This document shows positions 24,188-33,909 of a stretch of 39,989 bases of DNA, in pieces. Below the pieces are notes generated by a model that made no database searches, was not told where the DNA came from, and saw only the letters and a program-made list of their open reading frames with translations. The stretch lies in the sequence record OR786095.1; one strand, 5' to 3'. The stretch's first letter is position 1; every line of letters begins with the position of its first letter. This DNA is from Staphylococcus phage MBBL139. The position numbers and the translations under genes were made by a program.

Positions 24188-26542
24188 ATGCCACTTATTA
24201 CTCAATCAATCAAGAACCTTAAGGGTGGCATTAGCCAACAACCTGACATCCTTAGGTTCTCAGACCAAGGCGAGGAGCAGGTCAACTGCTGGTCATCTGA
24301 GAGTGACGGCTTACAGAAACGACCACCGACCGTATGGAAGAAGCGACTCGACATCGACGTTGGGACAGACCCTAAGTTCCACCTTATTAACCGTGACGAG
24401 GTAGAGCAATATTACCTTGTGTTCAACGGGTCCAACATTCAGGTTGTGGACCTATCTGGGAACCAGTATACTGTCACAGGGGCCATGGACTACGTAACGA
24501 CTACCAACCCGCGAGACGACATACGAGTAATCACAGTAGCTGACTATACGTTCGTTGTTAACCGCAAGAAGGTAGTCAAGTCCGGGGCCGATAAGTCTCA
24601 TCCGGGGTACAACACCAAGTCCCGCGCACTGATTAACCTGAGGGGAGGTCAGTATGGTCGAACGCTTAAGGTGGGCATAAATGGGGGAGTTAAGGTAGAG
24701 CATAAGCTTCCCAGCGGCTCGAACGCAACTGACGACCCACCTAAGGTCGACGCTCAGTATATTGGTGGTCAGCTTCGGGACCTTCTGGTTGCTGCATATC
24801 CGAGCTATACGTTTGACTTGGGGTCTGGCTTCCTGCTAATCACCGCTCCGTCAGGGACAGACATTAACTCCGTGGAGACCGAGGATGGGTACGCTAACCA
24901 GTTAATCAACCCGGTTCTAGATACTGTTCAGACGGTAGCCAAGCTCCCGCTTGCTGCTCCAAATGGTTATATTATCAGGATTCAAGGGGAGACCAACAGT
25001 ACAGCCGACGAGTATTACGTCCGTTACGACTCCAACACAAAGACGTGGAAGGAGACCGTTGCACCGGGGGTGACTATAGGATTCGACGAGTCTACAATGC
25101 CCCATGCTCTGGTACGTCAGGCCGATGGGTCCTTCATCTTCAAGGAGCTTGATTGGTCTGGTAGAGGTGCAGGTAACGACGAGACAAACCCGATGCCGAG
25201 CTTCGTGGATTCGACGATTAACGATGTGTTCTTCTACCGTAATCGCTTAGGCTTCCTGTCAGGTGAGAACGTCATTATGTCCCGCTCTGCTGGATACTTT
25301 GCGTTCTTCCCGAAATCGGTGGCGACACTAAGTGACGACGACCCAATCGACGTTGCTGTAAGCCATCCGCGCATCTCTGTGCTGAAGTATGCTGTACCGT
25401 TCAGTGAGCAGTTACTCCTCTGGTCGGATGAAATCCAATTCGTCCTGACAAGCTCTGGAGTCCTGACCTCTAAGTCTATCCAACTTGATGTAGGCTCTGA
25501 GTTTGCACTTGGGGACAACGCAAGACCGTTCGCTGTGGGACGCTCAGTCTTCTTCTCTGCTCCACGTGGGTCGTTCACCAGCATTAAGCGTTACTTTGCG
25601 GTGGCTGACGTCACTGACGTAAAGGATGCTGACGATACTACAGGTCACGTACTGTCCTACATTCCGAACGGAGTGTTCGACATTCAAGGTACGGGTACGG
25701 AGAACTTCGTGTCCGTAAACACGACTGGTGCCTACAACAGGCTGTACATCTACAAGTTCCTGTTCAGAGACGGAGTTCAGCTTCAGGCGTCATGGTCCCA
25801 CTGGCAGTTCGAGGAAGGTGAGAAAGTTCTGGCCTCAGCAGCTATTGGCTCAACCATATACCTCGTTAAGCAGCACTCAGCTGGAGTAGACCTTGAGCAC
25901 CTTACCTTCATCAAGGAGGCAACTGACTTCGCAACAGAACCCTATCGACTCCATATCGACTCGAAGGTTACGCTTACAATCCCAGATGGCAGCTTTAACC
26001 CGGACGACTTCATGACAACGGTAGACATCGGGTCTGCTTACGGTGGAGTAGCCCCTCCTAAAGGTCTATACTACCTTGTGGATTCTAAGGGTGCCTACGT
26101 GTCTCTAGGGGTCATTGACTCAGAGGCTGCTGTCGATGTCAAAGGGGACTGGTCAGGACGCACAGTGTTCATTGGTAGGGCCTACAACATGCTGTATAAG
26201 TTCTCTCGGTTCTTGATTAAGCAGGAGGACGAAAGTGGTGTGCAGACTGAGGACACTGGACGCCTACAGCTTCGCCGGGCTTGGGTTAACTATCAGGACA
26301 CCGGAGCTTTGAGGCTGACGGTACGGAATGGTGAGCGGGAGTTCGTAAATACCCTAAACGGATATACCATTAGTCAGCAGACTTTGGGCACCAGCAATAT
26401 CGGTGACGGTCAGTTCCGCTTTGCGATGAACGGCAACGCAATGACCACAAGTCTAACCCTTGAGTCCGACTATCCGACCCCAGTTTCTATCATTGGGTGC
26501 GGCTGGGAGGCCTCATACGCCAAGAAAGCGCAACGGGTATAA
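24188..26542 (+). CDS. gp12: Tail tubular protein B
   Basis: N-terminus ITQSIKNLKGGISQQPDILR and blocks GRLQLRRAWVNY and IIGCGWE match recalled T7 gp12. Confidence 0.95.
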   Translation: MPLITQSIKNLKGGISQQPDILRFSDQGEEQVNCWSSESDGLQKRPPTVWKKRLDIDVGTDPKFHLINRDEVEQYYLVFNGSNIQVVDLSGNQYTVTGAMDYVTTTNPRDDIRVITVADYTFVVNRKKVVKSGADKSHPGYNTKSRALINLRGGQYGRTLKVGINGGVKVEHKLPSGSNATDDPPKVDAQYIGGQLRDLLVAAYPSYTFDLGSGFLLITAPSGTDINSVETEDGYANQLINPVLDTVQTVAKLPLAAPNGYIIRIQGETNSTADEYYVRYDSNTKTWKETVAPGVTIGFDESTMPHALVRQADGSFIFKELDWSGRGAGNDETNPMPSFVDSTINDVFFYRNRLGFLSGENVIMSRSAGYFAFFPKSVATLSDDDPIDVAVSHPRISVLKYAVPFSEQLLLWSDEIQFVLTSSGVLTSKSIQLDVGSEFALGDNARPFAVGRSVFFSAPRGSFTSIKRYFAVADVTDVKDADDTTGHVLSYIPNGVFDIQGTGTENFVSVNTTGAYNRLYIYKFLFRDGVQLQASWSHWQFEEGEKVLASAAIGSTIYLVKQHSAGVDLEHLTFIKEATDFATEPYRLHIDSKVTLTIPDGSFNPDDFMTTVDIGSAYGGVAPPKGLYYLVDSKGAYVSLGVIDSEAAVDVKGDWSGRTVFIGRAYNMLYKFSRFLIKQEDESGVQTEDTGRLQLRRAWVNYQDTGALRLTVRNGEREFVNTLNGYTISQQTLGTSNIGDGQFRFAMNGNAMTTSLTLESDYPTPVSIIGCGWEASYAKKAQRV

Positions 26543-26567
26543 CTTACTGATTGGCCTATAGTTTCTA

Positions 26568-26588
26568 CTTAACTATCACTATAGGGAC
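26568..26588 (+). promoter_or_regulatory. Phage-RNAP promoter (cTtAACTATCACTATAGGGac), phi13-like
   Basis: Consensus copy. Confidence 0.7.
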
Positions 26589-26628
26589 TATAGGCCCTTT
26601 AAGTTATAATACTTTAAGAGGAGACTTT

Positions 26629-27090
26629 ATGTATATTCGTAAAGCTACTGAACAGGACGTATTGTCCTTCGAAATTGCTATAGATGACATTAACGAGCTG
26701 ATGGCGAATGACCCAAGGAGAGACTTGAAGTCTGTTCTCCTGTCTCACCTAACTCCGTCATCTGTGGTTTTGGTCGATGCACTGGGGACAGTATATGCTT
26801 ATGGTGGGAACCAAGGTGATAACGTCTGGTTCGTTACCTCCCGTCTTGTCTCGCGCCTGTCCAAGGTTGAGAAGCGAGAGTTCGGACTACACATTGCACG
26901 ATACAGAGACTTAATGTTAGGCCAGTTCCCAGTCCTATGGAATTACGTCTGGTCGGGCAACAAGTCTCACATTAGGTTTCTCCGACTGCTGGGCGCTAAG
27001 TTCCACGATGAGTGGACAGAGAGTCCTGTAACTGGTGAGAGATTCCAACTATTCACTATCTCTAAGGAGGACGTATGTGTGAACCCGTAA
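26629..27090 (+). CDS. gp13: Internal virion protein A (gp13-like)
   Basis: ATG 26629 has an aagaggag RBS (the track ORF starts upstream of the promoter). Called from position and size. Confidence 0.6.
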   Translation: MYIRKATEQDVLSFEIAIDDINELMANDPRRDLKSVLLSHLTPSSVVLVDALGTVYAYGGNQGDNVWFVTSRLVSRLSKVEKREFGLHIARYRDLMLGQFPVLWNYVWSGNKSHIRFLRLLGAKFHDEWTESPVTGERFQLFTISKEDVCVNP

Positions 27091-27662
27091 GCATCGGCAT
27101 GGGTATCATGGCTGTAGCCGGGGCCACTATGTCCGCATCCCAACAGGCTAAGGCTGAAGGGGCGGCGATTGACGCTCAGAACCGACAGGCTCAAGAGATG
27201 GTTAAGCAGATGAACTATTCAGACGCTAACCTGAAGATGCAGGAGCGAGACCTTAAGGAACAGCAGGTCCAAGAGCTTACTGAGACTACCCTTAATGGTA
27301 TTCGTAATCAGGGTATGGTACGAGCTGCGGTAGCCGAGTCTGGACTTGAAGGCAACTCAATGGACCGCATTGAGCGCTCAGTGGAAGGTGACACCGTGAA
27401 GGAACGCGCTGGCATCACCGAAAGTTACAACCGCGACTATGCGGCTATCTTCGGGAACCGTATCGCCAACATTGAGAACACCAAGTCTGCTATCCGTGGT
27501 CAAGGTAAAATCATCAAGACCAGCCCACTGGCTCACGCACTTAATGTTGCAAGCGCCGGGATGCAGGGGTACGCTGCTGGTAAGTCAATCTCTGGGGCAT
27601 CAAGCTCTGGTGGTGCTGCACCGATTAGTGCTGCTAAAGGCACACCTACAGGTCATAGCTAA
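27075..27662 (+). CDS. gp14: Internal virion protein B
   Basis: MC..A..I, EGNSMDRI.R..EG and NRDY.AIF match recalled T7 gp14. Confidence 0.85.
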   Translation: MCEPVSIGMGIMAVAGATMSASQQAKAEGAAIDAQNRQAQEMVKQMNYSDANLKMQERDLKEQQVQELTETTLNGIRNQGMVRAAVAESGLEGNSMDRIERSVEGDTVKERAGITESYNRDYAAIFGNRIANIENTKSAIRGQGKIIKTSPLAHALNVASAGMQGYAAGKSISGASSSGGAAPISAAKGTPTGHS

Positions 27663-27673
27663 GAGGAGGACTA

Positions 27674-29956
27674 ATGGCTAGTAATATTGAATCAGCTCTG
27701 GCTAATCGGACTATAGGTCGCGGCAGAGCGCCCGGTAAAACTATCGCCGTCAACTATCAAGCAGCCAACGTACAGGCTCCTACTGGTGACTCTGGTCTGG
27801 CTCGTGCGTTAACCAACTTCGTTGAGTCTGGGACTGGATTATACAAGCAATTCAAAGACGAGGAGAAGGCCAGAGCTGACGAGCGGTCTAACGAGATTAT
27901 CCGTAAGCTAACTCCTCAGCAGAGACGAGAAGCAATCCAGAATGGGACCCTCCTGTATCAGGACGACCCGTATGCTATGGAAGCACTTCGAGTCAAGACG
28001 GGTCGAAACGCTGCCTTTGCGGTAGACGATGAGATTAACGTTAAGATTCAGAACGGTGAGTTCCGTACACGTCAGGACATGGAGGAATACCGTCACCAGA
28101 GACTTCAGGACGCTGCTAAGTCCTATGCTGAAGAGGCGGGTATTAACCCTACCGATGAGTTCTTCCAGCGCGGGTTTAACGATAACATCACAGACCGCAA
28201 CATCGCTATCTATGGGTCTTTCAATAAGTATTTCAGCAAGCAGTCTGAAGAGACAGCAATGTTGAACACTCGTATTGAGATGAACTCGTTCCTTAACGAT
28301 GGGGACCTGATGCGTTCTCCTGAGTCTGGAAAGACCTTCATGGCCTACCTTCGGGATGGACTGACGACTGCTGCTATCCCTTCGGACCAGCGAGCACGAG
28401 AGGTCATCACCCAGACAGTCCGTGACGCAATCCAGAAGTCAGGAGGCTCAAACTTCCTACAGCAAGTACGAGGAGAGCGAATCACCCTTAACGGTGTGGA
28501 TGCTACAGTCGAAGAGATTGTAGGACCTGATGTCTTCAACGCTGCTATTGTTGAGGCACAAGGCACTGAGTACAAGCTGGTGGCTAAGTATCAGGAAGAC
28601 TTGGCGTTAGGCGTTCAGTCTGCGATTCTTCAGGATGACCCGACCATAGGTCTGGCACAGATTCAGAAACTCAAGGAGCAGAACAACCTACTTCAGCCGG
28701 GTGAAGAACTCACGCCTCAGCGTCAGATGCTTATTAATGCCGAAGCCAGCTTGCTGGAAGCGGTAAAGCGTAAGTCTGCTGAACAGGCGAAGGAGAACAC
28801 TAAGTTAATCCAGACCCAGAACAAGCAACTGGTCATCGACCAAGTGTATCAGCGACGTCTGGCTGGTGACAACGTGTCCACCAACTATGAGGACCTTCCG
28901 GTCTCAGATGCTACAGGCGAGTTCAAGCGTTCGGACATGAACAACTATGCGTCTGCCAAGCTACAGCAGATTGACCAGATGGACATCCCTGAGGCCGCTA
29001 AAGACGCTCAGAAGGTGGCATTGTTAAGAGCTGACACTAACAACGGTCCGTTCCGTAATGCCTTCCAGACGCTGACTCAGGACGCTGCTGGTGAGTGGCA
29101 AGCTGCGGTCATCCGTGGACAGTACGACCCAGACAAGATGCAACGCTTCGAGTCTCTTCGTCGTGCCTACACTCAGGACCCTTCAAGTTTTGCTGCTCTG
29201 TATCCTGACCAAGCTCAGTTGTTCTCTACGTTCGACCAGATGGACAAGATGGGTCTGGACCCTCAGACGATGATTGAGGCTGATAAGCAAGCTGCAAGTC
29301 AAAGCCGTGAGATGCGAATGGAGTCAGACAAGGCGTGGCAGGAGTTGAAGAACGACTCAAAGAACACCCAGTTGTCTCGCCTCCCAACGTCTCTGGACTC
29401 AAGTGCTCGTAAGGTCTGGGACTCATGGTACTATCGTACAGGTAACGCTGACGCTGCAACTCAGCAGACTCAACGCTGGCTGAATGAGAACACCGTAACG
29501 TTCCAGTCTGAAGGTTCGGACGGTAAGTCCATCGGCATGGTGTCCAAGCACCAGCTTATGGTCGGGGATAACCCAGAGTCGTGGCAGGTGGGTCGAGACA
29601 TTATCGACACCGCTCGTCAGCAGCTCATTAAGGCCAACCGTTGGGTAGTGAACTCTCAGTTGTCCGTTGTTGAACAGAACGGCTCTATCTTCCTCCAAGA
29701 CGCTACGGGGACTATTCGTATTCGCTACGATAAGGAACTTGTAGGTAAACTCTACCGCGAACAACAGCAGAAGGCACAAGATGCCGCATATGCTCAGGCA
29801 GAACGTGACGCTAACAAGCGCGCGCGTATCGTTGGGACTAAAGCTGCTGGTGACAAACGTCGAGCTGACCGAGAGGCCAACATCGAGAAGCGCGGTGGGA
29901 TGTACAATGACGTCTCACTGGAGGGTATCGCAAACGTACTAATTGGTAAGGAGTAA
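27674..29956 (+). CDS. gp15: Internal virion protein C
   Basis: 760 aa with an agaggagg RBS, at the gp15 position with matching length. Confidence 0.8.
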   Translation: MASNIESALANRTIGRGRAPGKTIAVNYQAANVQAPTGDSGLARALTNFVESGTGLYKQFKDEEKARADERSNEIIRKLTPQQRREAIQNGTLLYQDDPYAMEALRVKTGRNAAFAVDDEINVKIQNGEFRTRQDMEEYRHQRLQDAAKSYAEEAGINPTDEFFQRGFNDNITDRNIAIYGSFNKYFSKQSEETAMLNTRIEMNSFLNDGDLMRSPESGKTFMAYLRDGLTTAAIPSDQRAREVITQTVRDAIQKSGGSNFLQQVRGERITLNGVDATVEEIVGPDVFNAAIVEAQGTEYKLVAKYQEDLALGVQSAILQDDPTIGLAQIQKLKEQNNLLQPGEELTPQRQMLINAEASLLEAVKRKSAEQAKENTKLIQTQNKQLVIDQVYQRRLAGDNVSTNYEDLPVSDATGEFKRSDMNNYASAKLQQIDQMDIPEAAKDAQKVALLRADTNNGPFRNAFQTLTQDAAGEWQAAVIRGQYDPDKMQRFESLRRAYTQDPSSFAALYPDQAQLFSTFDQMDKMGLDPQTMIEADKQAASQSREMRMESDKAWQELKNDSKNTQLSRLPTSLDSSARKVWDSWYYRTGNADAATQQTQRWLNENTVTFQSEGSDGKSIGMVSKHQLMVGDNPESWQVGRDIIDTARQQLIKANRWVVNSQLSVVEQNGSIFLQDATGTIRIRYDKELVGKLYREQQQKAQDAAYAQAERDANKRARIVGTKAAGDKRRADREANIEKRGGMYNDVSLEGIANVLIGKE

Positions 29957-29960
29957 CATA

Positions 29961-32900
29961 ATGGCGACTCGTGGTATTCGCAATAACAATCCGGGGAACA
30001 TCCGGGTAAGTAAGGACCAATGGGAAGGAATGACTGGAGATGATGGCGCATTTGTCACCTTCGATAGTCCAGAGTCTGGCGTCCGAGCTTTAGGTAAAAA
30101 CCTGCTGTCCTACGGTCGCCAAGGTTATGACTCCATCGAGAAGATTATCAACCGATGGGCACCTCCTAATGAGAACGACACTCAGGCTTATATAGACTCA
30201 GTGGTGGCTGCGACTGGTATCCCAGCTACCCAGAGTCTAGACCTCTCGGACCCGGACACCCTGTCTTCTCTGGCGCAAGCTATCAGCTTCCATGAGACAG
30301 GCTCCCGGTACGACCCTGAAGTCTACAAACAGGGAGTCGCAAGAGCACTCAACGGTATAAGCCCAAAGACTCCACCAGTAAGCGCTAACGTATTTGACGC
30401 ACTCACGGAAGGACTCAAGGCTAAACCTAAAGTAGCTCTGGGTGAGAACCTTCCGACAGCTGCTGGTCTGAACATTGAGGGTCAAGCACCTGAAGCTCCC
30501 AACGAATCGTTCGGTGAGATGTTCTATAAGGCTACTGGCGAGACCATGCAGGAACGAGAGGACCGCTCTACGTGGTTCGGTTTCGGTGAGGCCGCAGAAG
30601 CTGAAGTGAAGAACTCTATGGTAGGCGTGGCGATACGAGCTGGTCAGACTGAGGACTCACTGGATGTCATTGGCGATGTGTTCAACCCGACCAGATGGAA
30701 CAACCATAAGTGGACTCGTGAAGAGTTGGACCAGATTCGTAACGCTGGGGTTCTGCCTCAGTATTACGGAGTCATTACTGGTGGTTCTCCTCAGAACCTG
30801 ACCGAGCTTATTAACTTGGCGCTTGAGAACCAGAAGTTGGATCAAGAGAGGGCCAAGGCTGGGACTGGTGCTCAGTTGGCTGCTGGTGTGATTGGCGCTG
30901 GTGTGGACCCTCTTACCTACGTTCCTATCGCTGGACAGGTTGGCAAAGGAGGCAAACTGGTCAACAAGATGTTCACCGTGGCGGCTCAATCTGGAGCACT
31001 GGCTGGTGTGTCTGAGATGGCCCGTACCTCAGTGGCTGGTGGGGACGCTCATGTGGCTGAGGCCATTATGGGCGGTGCTCTCTTCGGCGGTGGCATGACT
31101 GCTATAGCTGATGGACTAGGCAGGGCCTTAGGTCGCAACACTAACGAGTTCGCTGGTCCAGCTACACGTCTGGAAGCTCGCGAGACCGCTCGTAACGTTG
31201 ATGGGCAGGACCTGTCTCGTCTACCTATTCAGGAAGGTGAGCAGACCTTTAGTCACCAAGGCGTTAAGTTCGCTGACGTGCCTAATGAGCCGGGAAGTGT
31301 TCGATTGGAAGATGGTTCAATCCTGATTGGTGAGAACCCTCTGAACCCTAAGACACGTCAAGTCTTTGATGAAGTGATTGAGCCTGAACGTGCCGCTGCT
31401 GGTGTGAATCTCGGTGGGCTGACTGAGATTGGCTTGAAGCTGCTTCGGTCAGAGAACCCTGAGATTCGAGGAATCGCTGCTGACTTAGTTCGTTCACCGA
31501 CTGGTATGCAATCCGGGGCCTCAGGTAAAATCGGGACCACTGCGTCTGACGTATTCGAGAGACTTCGTGCTGTGGACCATCGGTTCTACAACGACATCGA
31601 CGATGCTGTTACTGAGGCACTCAAGGACCCTTACTTCCAGACAGCATTCTGGCGAGACTCTGGCGCATTCCGTCAAGACATCTATCAGCGTGTTTCTATG
31701 GCTATCGAAGATGGTAGTGGGAACCTGAAGGCTGAACTGACTCCGGGAGAACTGAAAGTCTATGACCTGCTGAAGAACCAGTTCGACGCCAAGCGTGAGA
31801 TGATGGAGAACCCAGCTATGTTTGGTCGGGCAGACGCTCAATCTATCTTTCCGGGTAGCCGCTTCAAGGGAACCTACGTCCCTCATGTGTATAGCAAACA
31901 GATGAAGGAGCTGTACATCAAGGAGCTTGGGAGTCCAGAGGCGTTGCAGGAGGCCATCAAGAAGTCATGGTTGACCAGCTATGCGTCTCGACCTGAAGTC
32001 AAGAAACGTGTGGACGAGGCACTCTTAGAGGCTGACCCTACTTTGACCCCAGAAGGACTTGCGGCTGCTGTCGATAAGTACGCCAACGATAAGGCTTACG
32101 GCATCTCTCACACCGAGCAGTTCGAGCGTTCATCCGTAATGGAAGAGAACATAAACGGTCTGGTAGGTCTGGAGAACAACAGCTTCCTTGAGGCCCGTAA
32201 CCTTTTCGATAGCGATATGTCAATCGTTCTACCGAACGGTCAGACGTTCAGTGTCAACAATCTGCGTGAGTGGGACATGGACAAGATTGTTCCTGCGTAC
32301 AACCGTCGAGTTAACGGAGACATTGCTATCATGGCTGGTACAGGAAAAACCACGAAGGACATGAAGGACTTGGTCGAGACCATGATGAATAAGGCTGGTG
32401 ATGACGGTAAGTTGAAAGGTGAGGTATCTACATTACGTGACACACTGAAGATTCTCACTGGTCGTGCTAGACGTGATGGTGCTGACGATGCGGCCTTCGC
32501 TACAGTGATGCGCACAATGACAGACCTATCGTTCTTCGCTAAGAATGCCTATATGGGTGTTCAGAACCTGACGGAGATTGGTGGTATGCTGGCTCGTGGT
32601 AACGTTCGTGCGCTGCTGCATGGAGTCCCGATTTTCCGTGACCTAGCCTTCCGTAACAAGAAGGTAGGGGCCTCAGAGATTAAGGACCTGCACAATGTTA
32701 TCTTCGGTAAGGAACTTGATGACTCAATCCGTCCGTCTAAACAGGATGTAATTGACCGTCTGCGATCTTACAGTGACCTCGGTCGTGGTACAGCTACAGC
32801 TCTGGGGACTGCCAAGTATTACACTGGTGAACTTGCAGTACGCTCTCCGTTCACTAAAGTCCTCAACGGTACGACCAACTACCTGTTAGATGCTGGGCGT

Positions 32901-33848
32901 CAAGGCTTCCTGTCCGATATCGTTGAGCATAGTCTGACCGGGAGTAAGCGTAAGTTTGATGACCGATGGCTGAAGACCGCTGGTATCTCGGATGACCAAT
33001 GGAGGGGCATTAAGTCCCTAATCCGTGAGTCAGTGACTCGTGGTCCAGACGGGAAGTACACCATCAAGGATAAGAAGGCGTTCAGTCAGGACCCAAGGGC
33101 TATGGACCTGTGGCGTATGGGTGACACCATCGCTGACGAGACCTTGCTTCGTCCGCACAAGCTGAGCAACATGGACGCCAAGGCTTATGGTCCTCTGGCT
33201 AAGACTGTCTTGCAGTTTAAGAACTTCGTCATCAAGTCCATCAACGGTAGAACCATGCGTACATTCTATAACGCCACCAAGAACAACAGAGCTATGGATG
33301 CTGCTCTGTCAACGGTTATGTCTATGGGTCTGGCAGGCGTGTACTACATGGCTCAGGCACACATCAAGGCTTACGCTATGCAGGACGGTCGTGACCGTGA
33401 GTACCTGAAGCAGGCCCTGAACCCTACGATGATCGGCTATGCCTCTCTGTCCCGTAGTTCCCACTTAGGCGGACCTCTCGGGGTCGCCAACATTCTGGGT
33501 GGCATTGCTGGGTATGAGGACACCAAGTTGCTCCGTTCGTCAATCCTCCCACGCTCACCTACAGAGAAGCCTGAACGTGCCATCGCGTATGGTGCAGCTA
33601 CAAGTGACCCTGTGATGAATGTTGTTGGTAACTTCTTGGAGCAGGTTCCAGCTTTCGGATATGCTGCTAACGTTGGAGCTTCGGCTTACAACTTGGCTGG
33701 CTACCTCAAGGCTGATACTCGTGTCAACGAGCGTGACTACATGACCGGGATGTATAATACGTTCCGTGAACTGGTTCCGAACGACCCCATTACTCAGAAG
33801 TTGCTACTGGGAACGTTTGAGGAGCAAGGTATCCACATCAAGGACTAA
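29961..33848 (+). CDS. gp16: Internal virion protein D (ejectosome core) with a non-T7 N-terminal domain
   Basis: ATG 29961 has an aaggag RBS. From about aa 230 onward it is collinear with recalled T7 gp16 (TRWN.H.WT.EEL..IR, DLVRSPTGMQSGASGK, ENPA.FG, MDLWR). The first 130 aa (GIRNNNPGNIR...) do not resemble the T7 SLT lytic-transglycosylase domain. Confidence 0.9.
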   Translation: MATRGIRNNNPGNIRVSKDQWEGMTGDDGAFVTFDSPESGVRALGKNLLSYGRQGYDSIEKIINRWAPPNENDTQAYIDSVVAATGIPATQSLDLSDPDTLSSLAQAISFHETGSRYDPEVYKQGVARALNGISPKTPPVSANVFDALTEGLKAKPKVALGENLPTAAGLNIEGQAPEAPNESFGEMFYKATGETMQEREDRSTWFGFGEAAEAEVKNSMVGVAIRAGQTEDSLDVIGDVFNPTRWNNHKWTREELDQIRNAGVLPQYYGVITGGSPQNLTELINLALENQKLDQERAKAGTGAQLAAGVIGAGVDPLTYVPIAGQVGKGGKLVNKMFTVAAQSGALAGVSEMARTSVAGGDAHVAEAIMGGALFGGGMTAIADGLGRALGRNTNEFAGPATRLEARETARNVDGQDLSRLPIQEGEQTFSHQGVKFADVPNEPGSVRLEDGSILIGENPLNPKTRQVFDEVIEPERAAAGVNLGGLTEIGLKLLRSENPEIRGIAADLVRSPTGMQSGASGKIGTTASDVFERLRAVDHRFYNDIDDAVTEALKDPYFQTAFWRDSGAFRQDIYQRVSMAIEDGSGNLKAELTPGELKVYDLLKNQFDAKREMMENPAMFGRADAQSIFPGSRFKGTYVPHVYSKQMKELYIKELGSPEALQEAIKKSWLTSYASRPEVKKRVDEALLEADPTLTPEGLAAAVDKYANDKAYGISHTEQFERSSVMEENINGLVGLENNSFLEARNLFDSDMSIVLPNGQTFSVNNLREWDMDKIVPAYNRRVNGDIAIMAGTGKTTKDMKDLVETMMNKAGDDGKLKGEVSTLRDTLKILTGRARRDGADDAAFATVMRTMTDLSFFAKNAYMGVQNLTEIGGMLARGNVRALLHGVPIFRDLAFRNKKVGASEIKDLHNVIFGKELDDSIRPSKQDVIDRLRSYSDLGRGTATALGTAKYYTGELAVRSPFTKVLNGTTNYLLDAGRQGFLSDIVEHSLTGSKRKFDDRWLKTAGISDDQWRGIKSLIRESVTRGPDGKYTIKDKKAFSQDPRAMDLWRMGDTIADETLLRPHKLSNMDAKAYGPLAKTVLQFKNFVIKSINGRTMRTFYNATKNNRAMDAALSTVMSMGLAGVYYMAQAHIKAYAMQDGRDREYLKQALNPTMIGYASLSRSSHLGGPLGVANILGGIAGYEDTKLLRSSILPRSPTEKPERAIAYGAATSDPVMNVVGNFLEQVPAFGYAANVGASAYNLAGYLKADTRVNERDYMTGMYNTFRELVPNDPITQKLLLGTFEEQGIHIKD

Positions 33849-33865
33849 ACTATCACTATAGGAAC
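33845..33865 (+). promoter_or_regulatory. Phage-RNAP promoter (cTAAACTATCACTATAGGaac), phi17-like, followed by a 5'-leader hairpin
   Basis: Consensus copy. The transcript begins GGAACGGAGGC-uucg-GUCUCCGCC, a 6-bp stem with a UUCG loop. Confidence 0.7.
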
Positions 33866-33909
33866 GGAGGCTTCGGTCTCCGCCTATATTATCAACACTA
33901 GGAGGCACA

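Noticed and set aside
26551-26628. N-terminal extension of the gp13 ORF
   Set aside because: It would start inside the phi13 promoter. An RBS precedes ATG 26629.
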